Positions 1 through 14,043 of a stretch of DNA of 64,000 nucleotides are shown in pieces. Below the pieces are notes generated by a model. The model saw only the letters and a list, made by a program, of their open reading frames with translations, had not been told where the DNA came from and ran no database searches. How positions within the stretch are numbered: position 1 is the stretch's first letter; each line of letters begins with the position of its first letter. The position numbers and the translations under genes are program-made. Source of the DNA: Escherichia coli (lineage in GTDB: Bacteria; Pseudomonadota; Gammaproteobacteria; Enterobacterales; Enterobacteriaceae); assembly GCF_003018255.1 (NCBI RefSeq), contig NZ_CP027440.1; one strand, 5' to 3'.

Positions 1-320
1 CGCAGTTAATCGCTGCCTGGCAGAGTGGAGAACCGTGGATCACCAGCTGGGTTGATCGCTCTGCCAATGCCATTGGTTTGAGTCTGTATAACTTCCTCAA
101 CATCCTCAATATTAATCAGATTTGGTTGTACGGTCGCAGTTGTGCCTTTGGTGAGCACTGGCTTAATACCATTATTCGCCAGACGGGATTTAACCCGTTC
201 GACCGCGACGAAGGACCGAGCGTGAAAGCGACGAAAATTGGCTTTGGGCAATTAAGCCGCGCACAACAGGTGCTGGGGATTGGCTATTTGTATGTTGAGG
301 CGCAGTTACGACAGATTTGA
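1..320 (+). CDS. yphH: ROK-family regulator/sugar-kinase-like protein, C-terminal part (5' end lies outside window)
   Basis: Open frame runs from window start to stop at 318-320; C-terminal sequence resembles NagC/Mlc (ROK) family; position immediately downstream of glyA matches K-12 synteny (symbol from memory). Confidence 0.5.
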   Translation, partial: QLIAAWQSGEPWITSWVDRSANAIGLSLYNFLNILNINQIWLYGRSCAFGEHWLNTIIRQTGFNPFDRDEGPSVKATKIGFGQLSRAQQVLGIGYLYVEAQLRQI

Positions 321-382
321 TGGCGCGATAACGTAGAAAGGCTTCCCGAAGGAAGCCTTTTTCAACAGATTAACCGTTTCGC

Positions 383-1636
383 TTATGCGTAAACCGGGTA
401 ACGTGCACAGATGTCGAGAACTTTACCTTTGATGCGCTCGATAACGGCTTCATCATTGATGCTGTCCAGCACGTCACACATCCAGCCAGCCAGTTCTTTC
501 GCTTCTGCTTCTTTGAAGCCGCGACGCGTAATCGCCGGAGTACCCACGCGAATACCGGAGGTCACAAACGGGCTCTTCGGATCGTTCGGTACGCTGTTTT
601 TGTTGACGGTGATGTTAGCACGGCCCAGAGCGGCGTCAGCTTCTTTACCGGTCAGGTTTTTATCAACCAGATCAACCAGGAACAGATGGTTATCAGTGCC
701 GCCGGAAACCACTTTGTAGCCGCGTTCCAGGAACACTTCTACCATCGCTTTAGCGTTTTTAGCGACCTGCTGCTGGTAAGTTTTGAACTCAGGCTCCATC
801 GCTTCTTTCAGAGCAACCGCTTTACCGGCGATTACGTGCATCAACGGACCACCCTGACCACCAGGGAAAACCGCAGAGTTCAGTTTTTTGTACAGCTCTT
901 CGCTACCACCTTTCGCCAGGATCAGGCCGCCGCGCGGACCCGCCAGGGTTTTGTGAGTGGTGGTAGTAACAACGTGAGCATGAGGAACCGGGTTCGGGTA
1001 GACGCCAGCTGCAACCAGGCCCGCAACGTGCGCCATATCAACGAACAGGTAAGCACCGATGCTGTCAGCGATTTCACGCATTTTCGCCCAGTCCACCACG
1101 CCGGAATATGCAGAGAAGCCACCGATAATCATTTTCGGTTTGTGTTCTTTGGCTTGTTTTTCCAGATCGGCGTAGTCGATATGACCGCTAGCATCGATAC
1201 CGTAAGGAACGATGTTGTACAGTTTACCGGAGAAGTTAACCGGAGAACCGTGAGTCAGGTGACCGCCATGCGCCAGGTTCATACCCAGAACGGTATCACC
1301 TGGTTCCAGCAGCGCGGTGTACACCGCAAAGTTAGCCTGGGAGCCGGAGTGCGGCTGGACGTTAGCGTAGTCAGCACCGAACAGTTCTTTCGCACGATCG
1401 ATCGCCAGTTGTTCAACGATATCAACATACTCGCAACCGCCGTAGTAGCGTTTGCCCGGATAACCTTCAGCATATTTGTTGGTCAGCTGAGAACCCTGCG
1501 CCTGCATTACGCGCGGGCTGGTGTAGTTTTCGGAGGCGATCAGTTCGATGTGCTCTTCCTGACGTACTTTTTCCTGCTCCATAGCCTGCCACAGTTCGGC
1601 ATCATAATCGGCAATGTTCATTTCACGCTTTAACAT
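383..1636 (-). CDS. glyA: Serine hydroxymethyltransferase
   Basis: 417-aa product starting [12 protein letters not shown]; ORF track 383..1642 trimmed to the internal ATG that gives the canonical length. Confidence 0.95.
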   Translation of the reverse strand: MLKREMNIADYDAELWQAMEQEKVRQEEHIELIASENYTSPRVMQAQGSQLTNKYAEGYPGKRYYGGCEYVDIVEQLAIDRAKELFGADYANVQPHSGSQANFAVYTALLEPGDTVLGMNLAHGGHLTHGSPVNFSGKLYNIVPYGIDASGHIDYADLEKQAKEHKPKMIIGGFSAYSGVVDWAKMREIADSIGAYLFVDMAHVAGLVAAGVYPNPVPHAHVVTTTTHKTLAGPRGGLILAKGGSEELYKKLNSAVFPGGQGGPLMHVIAGKAVALKEAMEPEFKTYQQQVAKNAKAMVEVFLERGYKVVSGGTDNHLFLVDLVDKNLTGKEADAALGRANITVNKNSVPNDPKSPFVTSGIRVGTPAITRRGFKEAEAKELAGWMCDVLDSINDEAVIERIKGKVLDICARYPVYA

Positions 1637-1754
1637 CCGCATCTCCTGACTCAGCTAACAATAAAATTTTTGGCCTTTATAGGCGGTCCTGTTGGACAAC
1701 GGCGAACAGTATAACCGAATCATTGTGTGATAACAGGTCTTGACAAAGGAATTT

Positions 1755-1770
1755 ACGCAAACGATTACCT
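1755..1770. promoter_or_regulatory. PurR-box-like motif (ACGCAAACGATTACCT) in glyA upstream region
   Basis: Matches the left half of the PurR operator consensus ACGCAAACGTTTTCNT; glyA is a known PurR target. Confidence 0.4.
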
Positions 1771-1914
1771 TCAGGCTACGCAAGGCTTTGGAGAATAAAG
1801 AGCTTGCAACCGGAAACGGATTTCTTTTCAGGTTTGTGATGCAAATTTTTCACTTCATCACATTCTTTCTGAAAAACACCAAAGAACCATTTACATTGCA
1901 GGGCTATTTTTTAT

Positions 1915-1937
1915 AAGATGCATTTGAGATACATCAA
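1915..1937 (+). promoter_or_regulatory. NsrR operator overlapping the hmp promoter (AAGATGCATTTGAGATACATCAA)
   Basis: Sequence matches the described hmp NsrR site; lies 28-50 bp upstream of the hmp ATG. Confidence 0.6.
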
Positions 1938-1964
1938 TTAAGATGCAAAAAAAAGGAAGACCAT

Positions 1965-3155
1965 ATGCTTGACGCTCAAACCATCGCTACAGTAAAAGCC
2001 ACCATCCCTTTACTGGTGGAAACGGGACCAAAGTTAACCGCCCATTTCTACGACCGTATGTTTACTCATAACCCAGAACTCAAAGAAATTTTTAACATGA
2101 GTAACCAGCGCAATGGCGATCAACGTGAAGCCCTGTTTAACGCTATTGCCGCCTACGCCAGTAATATTGAAAACCTGCCTGCGCTGCTGCCAGCGGTAGA
2201 AAAAATCGCGCAGAAGCACACCAGCTTCCAGATCAAACCGGAACAGTACAACATTGTCGGTGAACACCTGTTGGCGACGCTGGACGAAATGTTCAGCCCG
2301 GGCCAGGAAGTGCTGGACGCGTGGGGTAAAGCCTATGGCGTACTGGCTAATGTATTTATCAATCGCGAGGCGGAAATCTATAACGAAAACGCCAGCAAAG
2401 CCGGTGGCTGGGAAGGTACTCGCGATTTCCGCATTGTGGCTAAAACACCGCGCAGCGCGCTTATCACCAGCTTCGAACTGGAGCCGGTCGACGGTGGCGC
2501 AGTGGCAGAATACCGTCCGGGGCAATATCTCGGCGTCTGGCTGAAGCCGGAAGGTTTCCCGCATCAGGAAATTCGTCAGTACTCTTTGACTCGCAAACCG
2601 GATGGCAAAGGCTATCGTATTGCGGTGAAACGCGAAGAGGGTGGGCAGGTATCCAACTGGCTGCACAATCACGCCAATGTTGGCGATGTCGTGAAACTGG
2701 TCGCTCCAGCAGGTGATTTTTTTATGGCTGTCGCAGATGACACACCAGTGACGTTAATCTCTGCCGGTGTCGGTCAAACGCCAATGCTGGCAATGCTCGA
2801 CACACTGGCAAAAGCAGGCCACACAGCACAAGTGAACTGGTTCCATGCGGCAGAAAATGGCGATGTTCACGCCTTTGCTGATGAAGTTAAGGAACTGGGG
2901 CTGTCACTGCCGCGCTTTACCGCGCACACCTGGTATCGTCAGCCGAGCGAAGCCGATCGCGCTAAAGGTCAGTTTGATAGCGAAGGTCTGATGGATTTGA
3001 GCAAACTGGAAGGTGCGTTCAGCGATCCGACAATGCAGTTCTATCTCTGCGGCCCGGTTGGCTTCATGCAGTTTGCCGCGAAACAGTTAGTGGATCTGGG
3101 CGTGAAGCAGGAAAACATTCATTACGAATGCTTTGGCCCGCATAAGGTGCTGTGA
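1965..3155 (+). CDS. hmp: Flavohaemoglobin / nitric oxide dioxygenase
   Basis: 396-aa ORF with N-terminal globin domain and C-terminal FAD/NAD-binding reductase domain. Confidence 0.95.
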   Translation: MLDAQTIATVKATIPLLVETGPKLTAHFYDRMFTHNPELKEIFNMSNQRNGDQREALFNAIAAYASNIENLPALLPAVEKIAQKHTSFQIKPEQYNIVGEHLLATLDEMFSPGQEVLDAWGKAYGVLANVFINREAEIYNENASKAGGWEGTRDFRIVAKTPRSALITSFELEPVDGGAVAEYRPGQYLGVWLKPEGFPHQEIRQYSLTRKPDGKGYRIAVKREEGGQVSNWLHNHANVGDVVKLVAPAGDFFMAVADDTPVTLISAGVGQTPMLAMLDTLAKAGHTAQVNWFHAAENGDVHAFADEVKELGLSLPRFTAHTWYRQPSEADRAKGQFDSEGLMDLSKLEGAFSDPTMQFYLCGPVGFMQFAAKQLVDLGVKQENIHYECFGPHKVL

Positions 3156-3199
3156 TTTGATGTTGCCGGATGGAAACATCCGGCAACCCTTGACGCGGT

Positions 3200-3574
<375 letters not shown>

Positions 3575-3598
3575 CTAAACGTAACACATAACGCCAAT

Positions 3599-4933
3599 TC
3601 ATTCCTTGAAATCGTTTGCATCCAGCTCGTGTCGGGAAAGCAGTTTATAAAATTCTGTCCGGTTGCGCCCCGCCATTCTCGCCGCGTGGGTGACGTTGCC
3701 TTTGGTGATTTGCAGCAGCTTACGCAAATAGTTGAGTTCAAAATGATTACGTGCCTCAACAAAGGTTGGCAGCGCCGTGTTTTCGCCCTCCAGCGCCTGC
3801 TCTACTAATGCATCGCTAATCACCGGAGATGAGGTCAGCGCCACGCACTGTTCAATCACGTTGACCAACTGGCGTACATTACCCGGCCAGCTAGCGGTCA
3901 TCAGGCGTTTCATCGCATCGGTGGAGAACGCGCGGACAAACGGTTTATGTCGCTCTGCCGCCTGGCGCAACAGGTGATTTGCCAGTAGCGGAATGTCTTC
4001 TGTGCGCTCTGCCAGAGCCGGAATTTTCAGGCTGACAACGTTGAGGCGGTAATAGAGATCTTCACGGAATTCCCCGCGCGCCATCGCTTTTGGCAGGTCG
4101 CGGTGAGTGGCGGAAATAATCCGCACGTCGATATCAATATCGCGGTTACTGCCCAGCGGGCGCACTTTACGCTCCTGCAACACACGCAGCAGTTTGACCT
4201 GCAACGGTGCAGGCATATCGCCAATCTCATCGAGAAATAGCGTACCGCCTTCCGCCGCCTGGAATAAACCTTCGCGATTGCTGACAGCGCCAGTAAACGC
4301 GCCACGCGCATGACCAAACAGCTCCGACTCCAGCAATTGCTCGGGCAATGCACCACAGTTAATAGCAATAAATGGTTTGCTATTGCGCGGGCTGGCGTTG
4401 TGGATAGCCTGGGCGAAAATCTCTTTCCCGGTGCCGCTCTGACCGTTAATCAAAACGCTAACGTCTGATTGCGCCACCAGCCGCGCCTGTTCCAGCAAAC
4501 GCAGCATCAGCGGGCTGCGGGTGACAATCGCCTCGCGCCAGCGTTCATCGGTGGCTGGCGCGGATTGTTCCAGCGCATCGTCAATTGCCTGATATAGCGC
4601 GTCTTTATCGACAGGCTTGGTGAGGAAACTGAACACTCCCTGCTGTGTTGCAGCAACGGCATCGGGAATAGAACCATGTGCGGTAAGAATAATTACCGGC
4701 ATTCCCGGCTGCACTTTCTGGATTTCAGCAAACAGCTGCATACCATCCATTTCATCCATCCGCAGGTCGCTGATAACTAAATCTACTTTTTCGCGATTCA
4801 GTACCCGTAATCCTTCAGCACCACTTTCCGCCGTGACCACGCTGTAGCCTTCGCTGGTCAGGCGCAGGCCAAGCAGTTTCAGCAATCCCGGATCGTCATC
4901 GACCAGTAATAAATGCGCAGGTTTATGGCTCAT
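3599..4933 (-). CDS. glrR: Sigma54-dependent response regulator (NtrC family)
   Basis: Receiver domain, AAA+ sigma54-activator motifs (GESGTGKE, GAFTGA) and C-terminal HTH; trimmed to the internal ATG giving 444 aa. Confidence 0.9.
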   Translation of the reverse strand: MSHKPAHLLLVDDDPGLLKLLGLRLTSEGYSVVTAESGAEGLRVLNREKVDLVISDLRMDEMDGMQLFAEIQKVQPGMPVIILTAHGSIPDAVAATQQGVFSFLTKPVDKDALYQAIDDALEQSAPATDERWREAIVTRSPLMLRLLEQARLVAQSDVSVLINGQSGTGKEIFAQAIHNASPRNSKPFIAINCGALPEQLLESELFGHARGAFTGAVSNREGLFQAAEGGTLFLDEIGDMPAPLQVKLLRVLQERKVRPLGSNRDIDIDVRIISATHRDLPKAMARGEFREDLYYRLNVVSLKIPALAERTEDIPLLANHLLRQAAERHKPFVRAFSTDAMKRLMTASWPGNVRQLVNVIEQCVALTSSPVISDALVEQALEGENTALPTFVEARNHFELNYLRKLLQITKGNVTHAARMAGRNRTEFYKLLSRHELDANDFKE

Positions 4934-5636
4934 CAGGAGTGACCTCATCAGTGGATGGCGCGGGCTTTTCACTCTCGTGCGGCGTATCCGGCGAGAAATT
5001 TCCAGCCGGTTTGCGGGTCGAGAGCTGGCGTTCAATATCGGTCAGGTTTTCCAGCTTGCGGGTAGTGAGTTCCAGTTGCTGTTGTAGAACGTGATGTTGC
5101 TGGCGCAAAGTATCCAGCTCGCTGTCGCTGGACTGCTGGAGTTTACTGTAGCGTTGGCGCTCTTCCGCCAGTTGCAGTTGCAGCGCCTGACCGTCGCGCC
5201 AGAGTTGATACAGAGGGCGAACCTGTGCCGGGATCTCGGTACTTAGCGCATCAATGCGCGCGACCAGCTGGCGGCGCTCATACGGCGTAATTTTGGCGTC
5301 GGCGAGCAAAATCCCTTGTTTAAAGGTATTTTGCCAGTTGCCGTCGTCATATTGGCGGGCTTGCTGACGCGACTGCGCAGGCATTAAACGATCAGCACAA
5401 TCCATCGCCCGCAGCCAGTAAAGCGGATTGGTTTCGGTTGATTTACCTTGCAGCGCCCAGATGTCGCTACATTCAGTAGAAAGATAGTCAGCCAGTTGAT
5501 AAACCGGAATTTTTTCTTCTGCTGGCGTATCAATGGCTGGCTTATTGTGACTCTGCACGCAACCCAGCAATGCCAGACATGGCAGCCCTGCCAGCCACAG
5601 CCGTCGGGGCAATAATCGTTGAAAAATGTGTCGCAT
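4923..5636 (-). CDS. qseG: Outer-membrane lipoprotein QseG/YfhG
   Basis: 237-aa ORF with signal peptide and lipobox (LLGC), between glrK and glrR as in K-12. Confidence 0.85.
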   Translation of the reverse strand: MRHIFQRLLPRRLWLAGLPCLALLGCVQSHNKPAIDTPAEEKIPVYQLADYLSTECSDIWALQGKSTETNPLYWLRAMDCADRLMPAQSRQQARQYDDGNWQNTFKQGILLADAKITPYERRQLVARIDALSTEIPAQVRPLYQLWRDGQALQLQLAEERQRYSKLQQSSDSELDTLRQQHHVLQQQLELTTRKLENLTDIERQLSTRKPAGNFSPDTPHESEKPAPSTDEVTPDEP

Positions 5637-5800
5637 ATTCACCAGACTTAAAGCCTATCCCAGTGGGCGTAATTGTTGCAGGCAGTTTGGACATGGACAG
5701 CGCGGAGAAACCAGAGCGTACATGTCGTACGTGAAGATTTCGAGCACTGCCCGGGGCCGAACTGACAAATAAAATAGCCTGATGGGATGGGCTGTTAGCA

Positions 5801-7228
5801 TTATTTCGTGTTTTTCGACGACGGTAAATCAATGCGGAAACAAACGTCTTGCCCGCTCTCGTCGACCAGATACAGTTCCCCTTGCATACGGCGAATACAA
5901 TCCCTGGCAATGCTTAATCCCAGACCGCTGCCCTTCACCGCCCCTTTTCGCTGGTGGCTTCCCTGAAAAAAGGGTTCGAAGATCATGGCGCGTTCCTCTT
6001 GCGGAATGGGCGTGCCTGTATTGATGACATCAATATAAACCCGCGCACCATGTGAACTGCTGCGAAGGCAAATGTTACCGGATTCAGCCCCGTAGTGCAC
6101 CGCATTGGAGTAAAGATTATCCAGTACGCTCATCAGCAGCATTGGCTCCGCCAGGCAAGCTGTTGCTTTGAGATCGACGTCGGTATGCATCATTTTAGCC
6201 CGTGCGGGCAGGCTATGAGCAGAAACCACTGTCTCCACCAGCGGTGCTAATTCAACATTCTCCAGTTCCACCGCACTGTCCGCCTGTTTACGGTTGTAAT
6301 CAAGCAGTTGTTCGATCAGTTTTTGCAAATTGCGGCTGCTGCTATCAAGAATGCTCACCACCTCTTTTTGCTCTGGCGTAAGCGGCCCGACAACCTGGTC
6401 AGCCAGTAATTCAGTGCCCTCGCGCATACTCGCCAGTGGCGTTTTTAATTCATGAGATAAATGTCTTAAAAATTGATGGCGTTGGGATTCCAGCCATGAC
6501 AGGCGCTCACTTAACCAAAGAATACGTTGCCCAACCGAGCGTAACTCGCTCGGTCCACTGAACGAAACGCTATTGCCCAGAGAACGCCCTTCCCCCAGAC
6601 GGTTGATCATGCGCTCGATATTTTTCACCGGCCCGATAATCATCCGCGTGAAAAGTAGCACCATCACCAGACTCACCAGAAATAGCACCAGCGATTGCCA
6701 ACCAAAATATTGCCCACGTTCGGCGATTTCACGCTGAAGTTGCTGCCCACGAGAGAACACCACTGTGCGCGTGGCCTGCACCATTTCGGTATTGGCACTG
6801 GCAAAGGCTTCAAGACGCGCGGCGGCGGCAGCATCGGGACCACTGTTGTTACACTGAAGTTGGGCCAGATTGTTCAAATCCTGACGCAATGCCTGGTAAA
6901 GTTTATCGTCTGGCAGTACGCCTGCGTGGGCATCGAGCATTTCGCTGTAACGCTTGCGCTGGCTTTGATAAACCTTCGCAAGCGTAGGGTCGTCCAGCAC
7001 GCAATACTGACGGTAGCTACGCTCCATCTCCAGCGCCGCGTTGGTCATCGCTTCACTACGCCGGGCATCAATAAGCGTAGTGCGGTTAACCAGCGCCGCC
7101 TGATCGCTAAGCGCATTCAGGCTTTGCCAGGCTTGCCATGCCAGCACCAACAGGGGCAGCAGAATCAGCAAAAATGCCAGCATTACCAGTTGTCGTAATG
7201 AGCGGGGAAAAACGGGCCAGCGTTTCAA
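5801..7228 (-). CDS. glrK: Sensor histidine kinase
   Basis: Two TM segments, HAMP, H-box (HELKTPL) and ATPase domain; start set to in-frame TTG at 7226-7228 (475 aa) because the longer ORF would overlap the glmY terminator. Confidence 0.85.
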   Translation of the reverse strand: MKRWPVFPRSLRQLVMLAFLLILLPLLVLAWQAWQSLNALSDQAALVNRTTLIDARRSEAMTNAALEMERSYRQYCVLDDPTLAKVYQSQRKRYSEMLDAHAGVLPDDKLYQALRQDLNNLAQLQCNNSGPDAAAAARLEAFASANTEMVQATRTVVFSRGQQLQREIAERGQYFGWQSLVLFLVSLVMVLLFTRMIIGPVKNIERMINRLGEGRSLGNSVSFSGPSELRSVGQRILWLSERLSWLESQRHQFLRHLSHELKTPLASMREGTELLADQVVGPLTPEQKEVVSILDSSSRNLQKLIEQLLDYNRKQADSAVELENVELAPLVETVVSAHSLPARAKMMHTDVDLKATACLAEPMLLMSVLDNLYSNAVHYGAESGNICLRSSSHGARVYIDVINTGTPIPQEERAMIFEPFFQGSHQRKGAVKGSGLGLSIARDCIRRMQGELYLVDESGQDVCFRIDLPSSKNTK

Positions 7229-7282
7229 GGTGTTACTCTCGTCAGACGCGAATAGCCTGATGCTAACCGAGGGGAAGTTCAG

Positions 7283-7470
7283 ATACAACAAAGCCGGGAA
7301 TTACCCGGCTTTGTTATGGAATAAGGCGGTGCCTAACTCGACGTTTCGCCCGATGGTTGATATAGCTACGCTGATATCAGAAGTTGGACGGCAGGCACCT
7401 TGTTGTGCGTCATTCGTATTTTATGTAGCACGTCCCGAAGGGGCTGACATAAGTCGGTGAATGAGCCACT
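7283..7470 (-). ncRNA. glmY: GlmY small RNA
   Basis: Sigma54 -24/-12 promoter immediately upstream, 5' region AGUGGCUCAUUCACC, 3' terminator hairpin CAAAGCCGGG-N5-CCCGGCUUUG at 7289-7313; located between purL and glrK. Ends approximate. Confidence 0.7.
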
Positions 7471-7481
7471 GGTTACTATTA

Positions 7482-7496
7482 TGCAGTAACTGTGCC
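7482..7496 (-). promoter_or_regulatory. Sigma54 promoter of glmY (TGGCAC-N5-CTGCA)
   Basis: -24 GG / -12 GC elements with correct spacing, about 12 nt upstream of the predicted glmY 5' end. Confidence 0.6.
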
Positions 7497-7586
7497 AATA
7501 AAGAAAATAGTTTGGTAACGTACTGATTGTACGCTGTTTTGAAGGGGTTATGGCTTCTTCGCTATTTGGCTGTAAATCAGCCACTG

Positions 7587-7700
7587 TGTCGCTAAAAAGA
7601 GACAACTTAAGATAAACTTATTAGATGCCATTAAAATCAATTAGTTAAGTGTCGCCAGAAAGCGACGCGGTAAACCACCCATTGTCGTGATTTACAGACA
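7587..7700 (-). promoter_or_regulatory. Three GlrR-type activator boxes (TGTC-N10-GACA) upstream of glmY
   Basis: TGTCGCTAAAAAGAGACA (7587-7604), TGTCGCCAGAAAGCGACG (7650-7667), TGTCGTGATTTACAGACA (7683-7700). Confidence 0.55.
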
Positions 7701-7701
7701 C

Positions 7702-7727
7702 AAAAAAGCTCCCGAAGTTGGGAGCTT
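7702..7727 (-). terminator. Rho-independent terminator downstream of purL
   Basis: Hairpin AGCTCCC-GAAGTT-GGGAGCT followed by a U-run on the minus-strand transcript. Confidence 0.6.
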
Positions 7728-7784
7728 ATAATAGTAGTTGGTGCTTAATGCCTCATCCGGCTGCAAAACCAATGGGTTGACGGC

Positions 7785-10700
7785 TTACCCCAACTGCTTA
7801 CGTGCATTGCGGAAAATACGCATCCACGGCCCATCCTCGCCCCAGTTTTCCGGATGCCAGGAGTTGCTGACAGTACGGAAAACACGTTCCGGGTGCGGCA
7901 TCATAATGGTGACTCGACCACTTTCAGTCGTGACTGCCGTAATACCATTCGGAGAACCGTTCGGGTTAGCCGGGTAGGTTTCAGTGACTTTGCCGAAGTT
8001 ATCGACATAGCGCAGTGCCACCAGCCCTTTGCTTTCCAGTGCCGCCAGATGCGCCGCATCACGCACTTCCACGCGCCCTTCGCCATGAGAGACAGCAATC
8101 GGCATTTGCGAGCCCACCATCCCCTGCAACAGCAGAGACGGGCTTTGGGTTACTTCAACCAGGCTGAAACGCGCTTCAAAGCGATCGGAGGTATTGCGCA
8201 CAAAACGTGGCCACAACTCACTACCTGGGATCAGTTCGCGTAGGTTAGACATCATCTGGCAACCGTTACATACCCCCAGCGCCAGCGTTTGCGGACGGTG
8301 GAAGAAGGTTGCAAACTCATCGCGTACACGGTCATTGAACAGGATAGACTTCGCCCAGCCTTCACCAGCACCCAGCACGTCACCGTAGGAGAATCCACCG
8401 CACGCTACCAGAGCGTGGAAATCCTCCAGGCCCGTGCGTCCAGCCAGCAGGTCGCTCATATGCACATCGATTGCATCGAAGCCTGCACGGTGGAAAGCTG
8501 CCGCCATTTCAACATGCGAGTTCACCCCCTGCTCACGCAGCACGGCAACTTTCGGACGCGCACCAGTGGCAATATACGGTGCTGCCACATCTTCGTTGAT
8601 ATCGAACGACAGTTTCACATTCAGGCCCGGATCGGCGTCGTTTGATTTCGCCTGGTGCTCCTGATCGGCACACTCCGGGTTGTCACGCAGGCGCTGCATC
8701 TGCCAGGTAGTTTCTGCCCACCAGACACGCAACGTAGTGCGGCTTTCGCTGAATACAGTCTGCCCGTTGGCGGTAATCACAAAACGGTCACCGGAAACCG
8801 CCTGCCCTACATAATGGACGCAATCCGCAAGCCCATGCTGTGCCAGTACCGCTTCAACGGCTTCACGGTCAGCGGCACGAACCTGAATCACCGCACCCAG
8901 TTCTTCGTTAAACAACGCCGCCAGGCGATCGTCACCCAGAGAGGCGATATCCGCGTCAATGCCGCAATGACCAGCAAAGGCCATTTCCGCCAGCGTTACC
9001 AGCAGGCCGCCATCAGAGCGGTCGTGATACGCCAGCAGCTTACGCTGTGCAACCAGCGCCTGAATCGCGTCATAGAAGCCTTTCAGTTGCGCGACATCGC
9101 GTACATCTGCCGGTTTGTCGCCAAGCTGACGATAAACCTGCGCCAGCGCCGTTGCGCCCAGCGCGTTATTGCCTTTGCCCAAATCAATCAGCAGCAGTGC
9201 GTTATCTTCGGTAGAAAGCTGTGGCGTGATGGTGTGACGTACATCTTCCACGCGGGCAAATGCAGAAATCACCAGCGACAGCGGCGACGTCATTTCGCGC
9301 TCTTCGTTACCTTCCTGCCAACGGGTTTTCATCGACATAGAGTCTTTACCCACCGGGATCGTCAGGCCCAGCGCCGGACAAAGTTCTTCACCCACGGCTT
9401 TAACGGCTTCATACAGGCCTGCATCTTCACCAGGGTGGCCTGCCGCCGCCATCCAGTTGGCGGAAAGTTTAATGCGTTTGATATCGCCAATTTGTGTTGC
9501 GGCGATGTTGGTTAACGCTTCACCGACCGCCAGACGGGCAGAAGCGGCGAAATCCAGCAGCGCAACCGGCGCACGCTCGCCAATCGCCATCGCTTCACCG
9601 TAGTAGCTATCGAGGCTGGCGGTAGTGACCGCGCAGTTAGCGACCGGCACCTGCCACGGACCCACCATCTGATCGCGCGCCACCATGCCGGTTACGCTGC
9701 GGTCACCAATGGTCACCAGGAAAGTTTTCTCCGCCACGGTCGGCAGGTGCAGCACGCGTTTCACCGCGTCAGCAATGGTAATCCCTTCACGAACCAGCGC
9801 ATCACCCTTCGCTTTCAGCGTTTGTACTTCGCGGGTCATCTTCGGCGTTTTACCAAGCAGTACGTCCAGCGGCAGATCGATCGGCTGATTATCAAAATGA
9901 CGATCGTGCAAAGAAAGATGCAGTTCTTCGGTCGCTTCACCAATCACCGCGTATGGCGCGCGCTCACGCTTACACAGTTCGTCAAACAGCGGTAACTGAT
10001 CGGCAGCAACTGCCAGCACGTAGCGTTCCTGGGATTCGTTACACCAGATTTCCAGCGGGCTCATGCCCGGTTCGTCGCTCAGGATATCGCGCAGTTCGAA
10101 TTTACCGCCGCGCCCGCCGTCGCTCACCAGTTCCGGCATGGCGTTAGAAAGACCGCCTGCGCCAACGTCGTGGATAAACAGGATTGGGTTGGCATCACCA
10201 AGCTGCCAGCAACGGTCGATCACTTCCTGGCAGCGACGCTCCATCTCCGGGTTGTCGCGCTGTACGGAAGCGAAGTCGAGGTCGGCATCAGACTGACCAG
10301 ACGCCATGGAAGACGCCGCGCCGCCGCCAAGACCGATGTTCATTGCCGGGCCGCCGAGAACGACCAGCTTCGCACCAACGTTGATCTCGCCTTTTTGTAC
10401 GTGATCGGCACGAATGTTGCCGATCCCGCCCGCCAGCATGATCGGTTTGTGATAACCGCGCAGCTCTTCGCCATTGTGGCTGTTCACTTTTTCTTCATAA
10501 GTACGGAAGTAGCCATTCAGTGCCGGACGACCAAATTCGTTGTTAAACGCCGCACCGCCCAGCGGGCCTTCGGTCATGATGTCCAGCGCGGTAACAATGC
10601 GCTCAGGTTTACCGAAATCTTCTTCCCACGGCTGTTCGAAGCCAGGAATTCGCAGGTTGGACACGGAGAAACCGACCAGACCAGCTTTCGGCTTCGCGCC

Positions 10701-11672
10701 GCGCCCGGTGGCACCTTCATCGCGGATTTCACCGCCGGAACCGGTCGCCGCGCCCGGCCACGGAGAAATCGCCGTCGGGTGGTTGTGAGTTTCAACTTTC
10801 ATCAGGATATGCGCAGGTTCCTGATGGAAATCGTAGCGGCCCGTTTCGTGGTCAGCAAAGTAGCGGCCCACTTCAGAACCTTCCATTACGGCGGCGTTAT
10901 CTTTATAAGCAGAGAGAACGTGATCCGGCGTGGTTTCGAAGGTGTTTTTGATCATCTTAAACAGTGATTTCGGCTGCTGTTCACCATCGATAACCCAGTC
11001 GGCGTTAAAAATTTTGTGGCGGCAGTGCTCGGAGTTCGCCTGGGCAAACATATACAGTTCGATGTCGTTCGGGTTACGACCCAGCTTTGTGAAAGCATCC
11101 TGCAAATAGTCAATTTCATCTTCCGCCAGTGCCAGGCCAAGACGCAGGTTAGCGTCGATTAGCGCCTGACGGCCCTGCCCCAGCAAATCAACGCTGGTGA
11201 CCGGAGTCGGTTGATGGTGTGCAAACAGCTGCTCTGCATCATCTAAAGCAAAAAAGACCGTTTCCATCATGCGGTCGTGCAGTTCAGCGGTAACCTGCTG
11301 CCATTGTTCATTGGTCAGCGTACCGGCTTCTACATAGTAAGCAACGCCGCGCTCAAGGCGGTTTACCTGTTGTAGACCGCAATTATGGGCGATATCGGTC
11401 GCTTTCGAAGACCAGGGAGAGATGGTGCCAGGACGCGGGGTCACCAGCAGGAGTTTGCCTTGCGGGGCGTGGCTGGCGAGTGCCGGGCCATATTTCAGCA
11501 GGCGTTCAAGTTGTGCGTGCTCATCATCGTTTAACGGCGCATTGAGGTCAGCAAAATGGACATACTCGGCGTAAATAGTGTGAACCGGGAGCCTGGCAGC
11601 CTGAAAACGTGCCAGCAGTTTGTTGATTCGGAATGCCGACAATGCAGGCGAACCACGCAGAATTTCCATCAT
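7785..11672 (-). CDS. purL: Phosphoribosylformylglycinamidine synthase
   Basis: 1295-aa single-chain FGAM synthetase with C-terminal glutamine amidotransferase domain. Confidence 0.95.
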   Translation of the reverse strand: MMEILRGSPALSAFRINKLLARFQAARLPVHTIYAEYVHFADLNAPLNDDEHAQLERLLKYGPALASHAPQGKLLLVTPRPGTISPWSSKATDIAHNCGLQQVNRLERGVAYYVEAGTLTNEQWQQVTAELHDRMMETVFFALDDAEQLFAHHQPTPVTSVDLLGQGRQALIDANLRLGLALAEDEIDYLQDAFTKLGRNPNDIELYMFAQANSEHCRHKIFNADWVIDGEQQPKSLFKMIKNTFETTPDHVLSAYKDNAAVMEGSEVGRYFADHETGRYDFHQEPAHILMKVETHNHPTAISPWPGAATGSGGEIRDEGATGRGAKPKAGLVGFSVSNLRIPGFEQPWEEDFGKPERIVTALDIMTEGPLGGAAFNNEFGRPALNGYFRTYEEKVNSHNGEELRGYHKPIMLAGGIGNIRADHVQKGEINVGAKLVVLGGPAMNIGLGGGAASSMASGQSDADLDFASVQRDNPEMERRCQEVIDRCWQLGDANPILFIHDVGAGGLSNAMPELVSDGGRGGKFELRDILSDEPGMSPLEIWCNESQERYVLAVAADQLPLFDELCKRERAPYAVIGEATEELHLSLHDRHFDNQPIDLPLDVLLGKTPKMTREVQTLKAKGDALVREGITIADAVKRVLHLPTVAEKTFLVTIGDRSVTGMVARDQMVGPWQVPVANCAVTTASLDSYYGEAMAIGERAPVALLDFAASARLAVGEALTNIAATQIGDIKRIKLSANWMAAAGHPGEDAGLYEAVKAVGEELCPALGLTIPVGKDSMSMKTRWQEGNEEREMTSPLSLVISAFARVEDVRHTITPQLSTEDNALLLIDLGKGNNALGATALAQVYRQLGDKPADVRDVAQLKGFYDAIQALVAQRKLLAYHDRSDGGLLVTLAEMAFAGHCGIDADIASLGDDRLAALFNEELGAVIQVRAADREAVEAVLAQHGLADCVHYVGQAVSGDRFVITANGQTVFSESRTTLRVWWAETTWQMQRLRDNPECADQEHQAKSNDADPGLNVKLSFDINEDVAAPYIATGARPKVAVLREQGVNSHVEMAAAFHRAGFDAIDVHMSDLLAGRTGLEDFHALVACGGFSYGDVLGAGEGWAKSILFNDRVRDEFATFFHRPQTLALGVCNGCQMMSNLRELIPGSELWPRFVRNTSDRFEARFSLVEVTQSPSLLLQGMVGSQMPIAVSHGEGRVEVRDAAHLAALESKGLVALRYVDNFGKVTETYPANPNGSPNGITAVTTESGRVTIMMPHPERVFRTVSNSWHPENWGEDGPWMRIFRNARKQLG

Positions 11673-11748
11673 AAGTCTCTCGTCTTCTAAGCTTTCGGTG
11701 TACCCAAGGGGGGGAAACGGGCGTCATTATAAAGAATCTGATGCGCTG

Positions 11749-11764
11749 ACGAAACCGTTTGCGT
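11749..11764. promoter_or_regulatory. PurR operator of purL (minus-strand ACGCAAACGGTTTCGT)
   Basis: Near-palindromic match to the PurR box consensus, 77-92 bp upstream of the purL start codon. Confidence 0.55.
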
Positions 11765-11929
11765 GGAAATAAAATCACCATCGTGAATTAGCAACGCGTG
11801 CCGCCAATGGCTGTAATAAGTTGCCAACTGGCGCAGGTTTACGCAAAATGCCGCTCATTTATGAGTAAACCTTTCACTATTATTACGTTTTTTCAAGCTG
11901 GGACGCGCACGACACAGAGAATTAACTAA

Positions 11930-14031
<2,102 letters not shown>

Positions 14032-14043
14032 CTATGCTTTACT

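Noticed and set aside
6-251. 81-aa minus-strand ORF at the window start
   Set aside because: Antisense to the ROK-family gene fragment, whose frame is open to the window edge and has a recognisable family-like C-terminus.
686-1633. 315-aa ORF on the plus strand inside glyA
   Set aside because: Antisense shadow ORF fully within a highly conserved gene; low-complexity, unrecognisable product.
8655-10967. Plus-strand ORFs of 286 and 265 aa inside purL
   Set aside because: Antisense to purL; Arg/Gln-rich translations typical of reverse-frame artefacts in GC-rich coding DNA.
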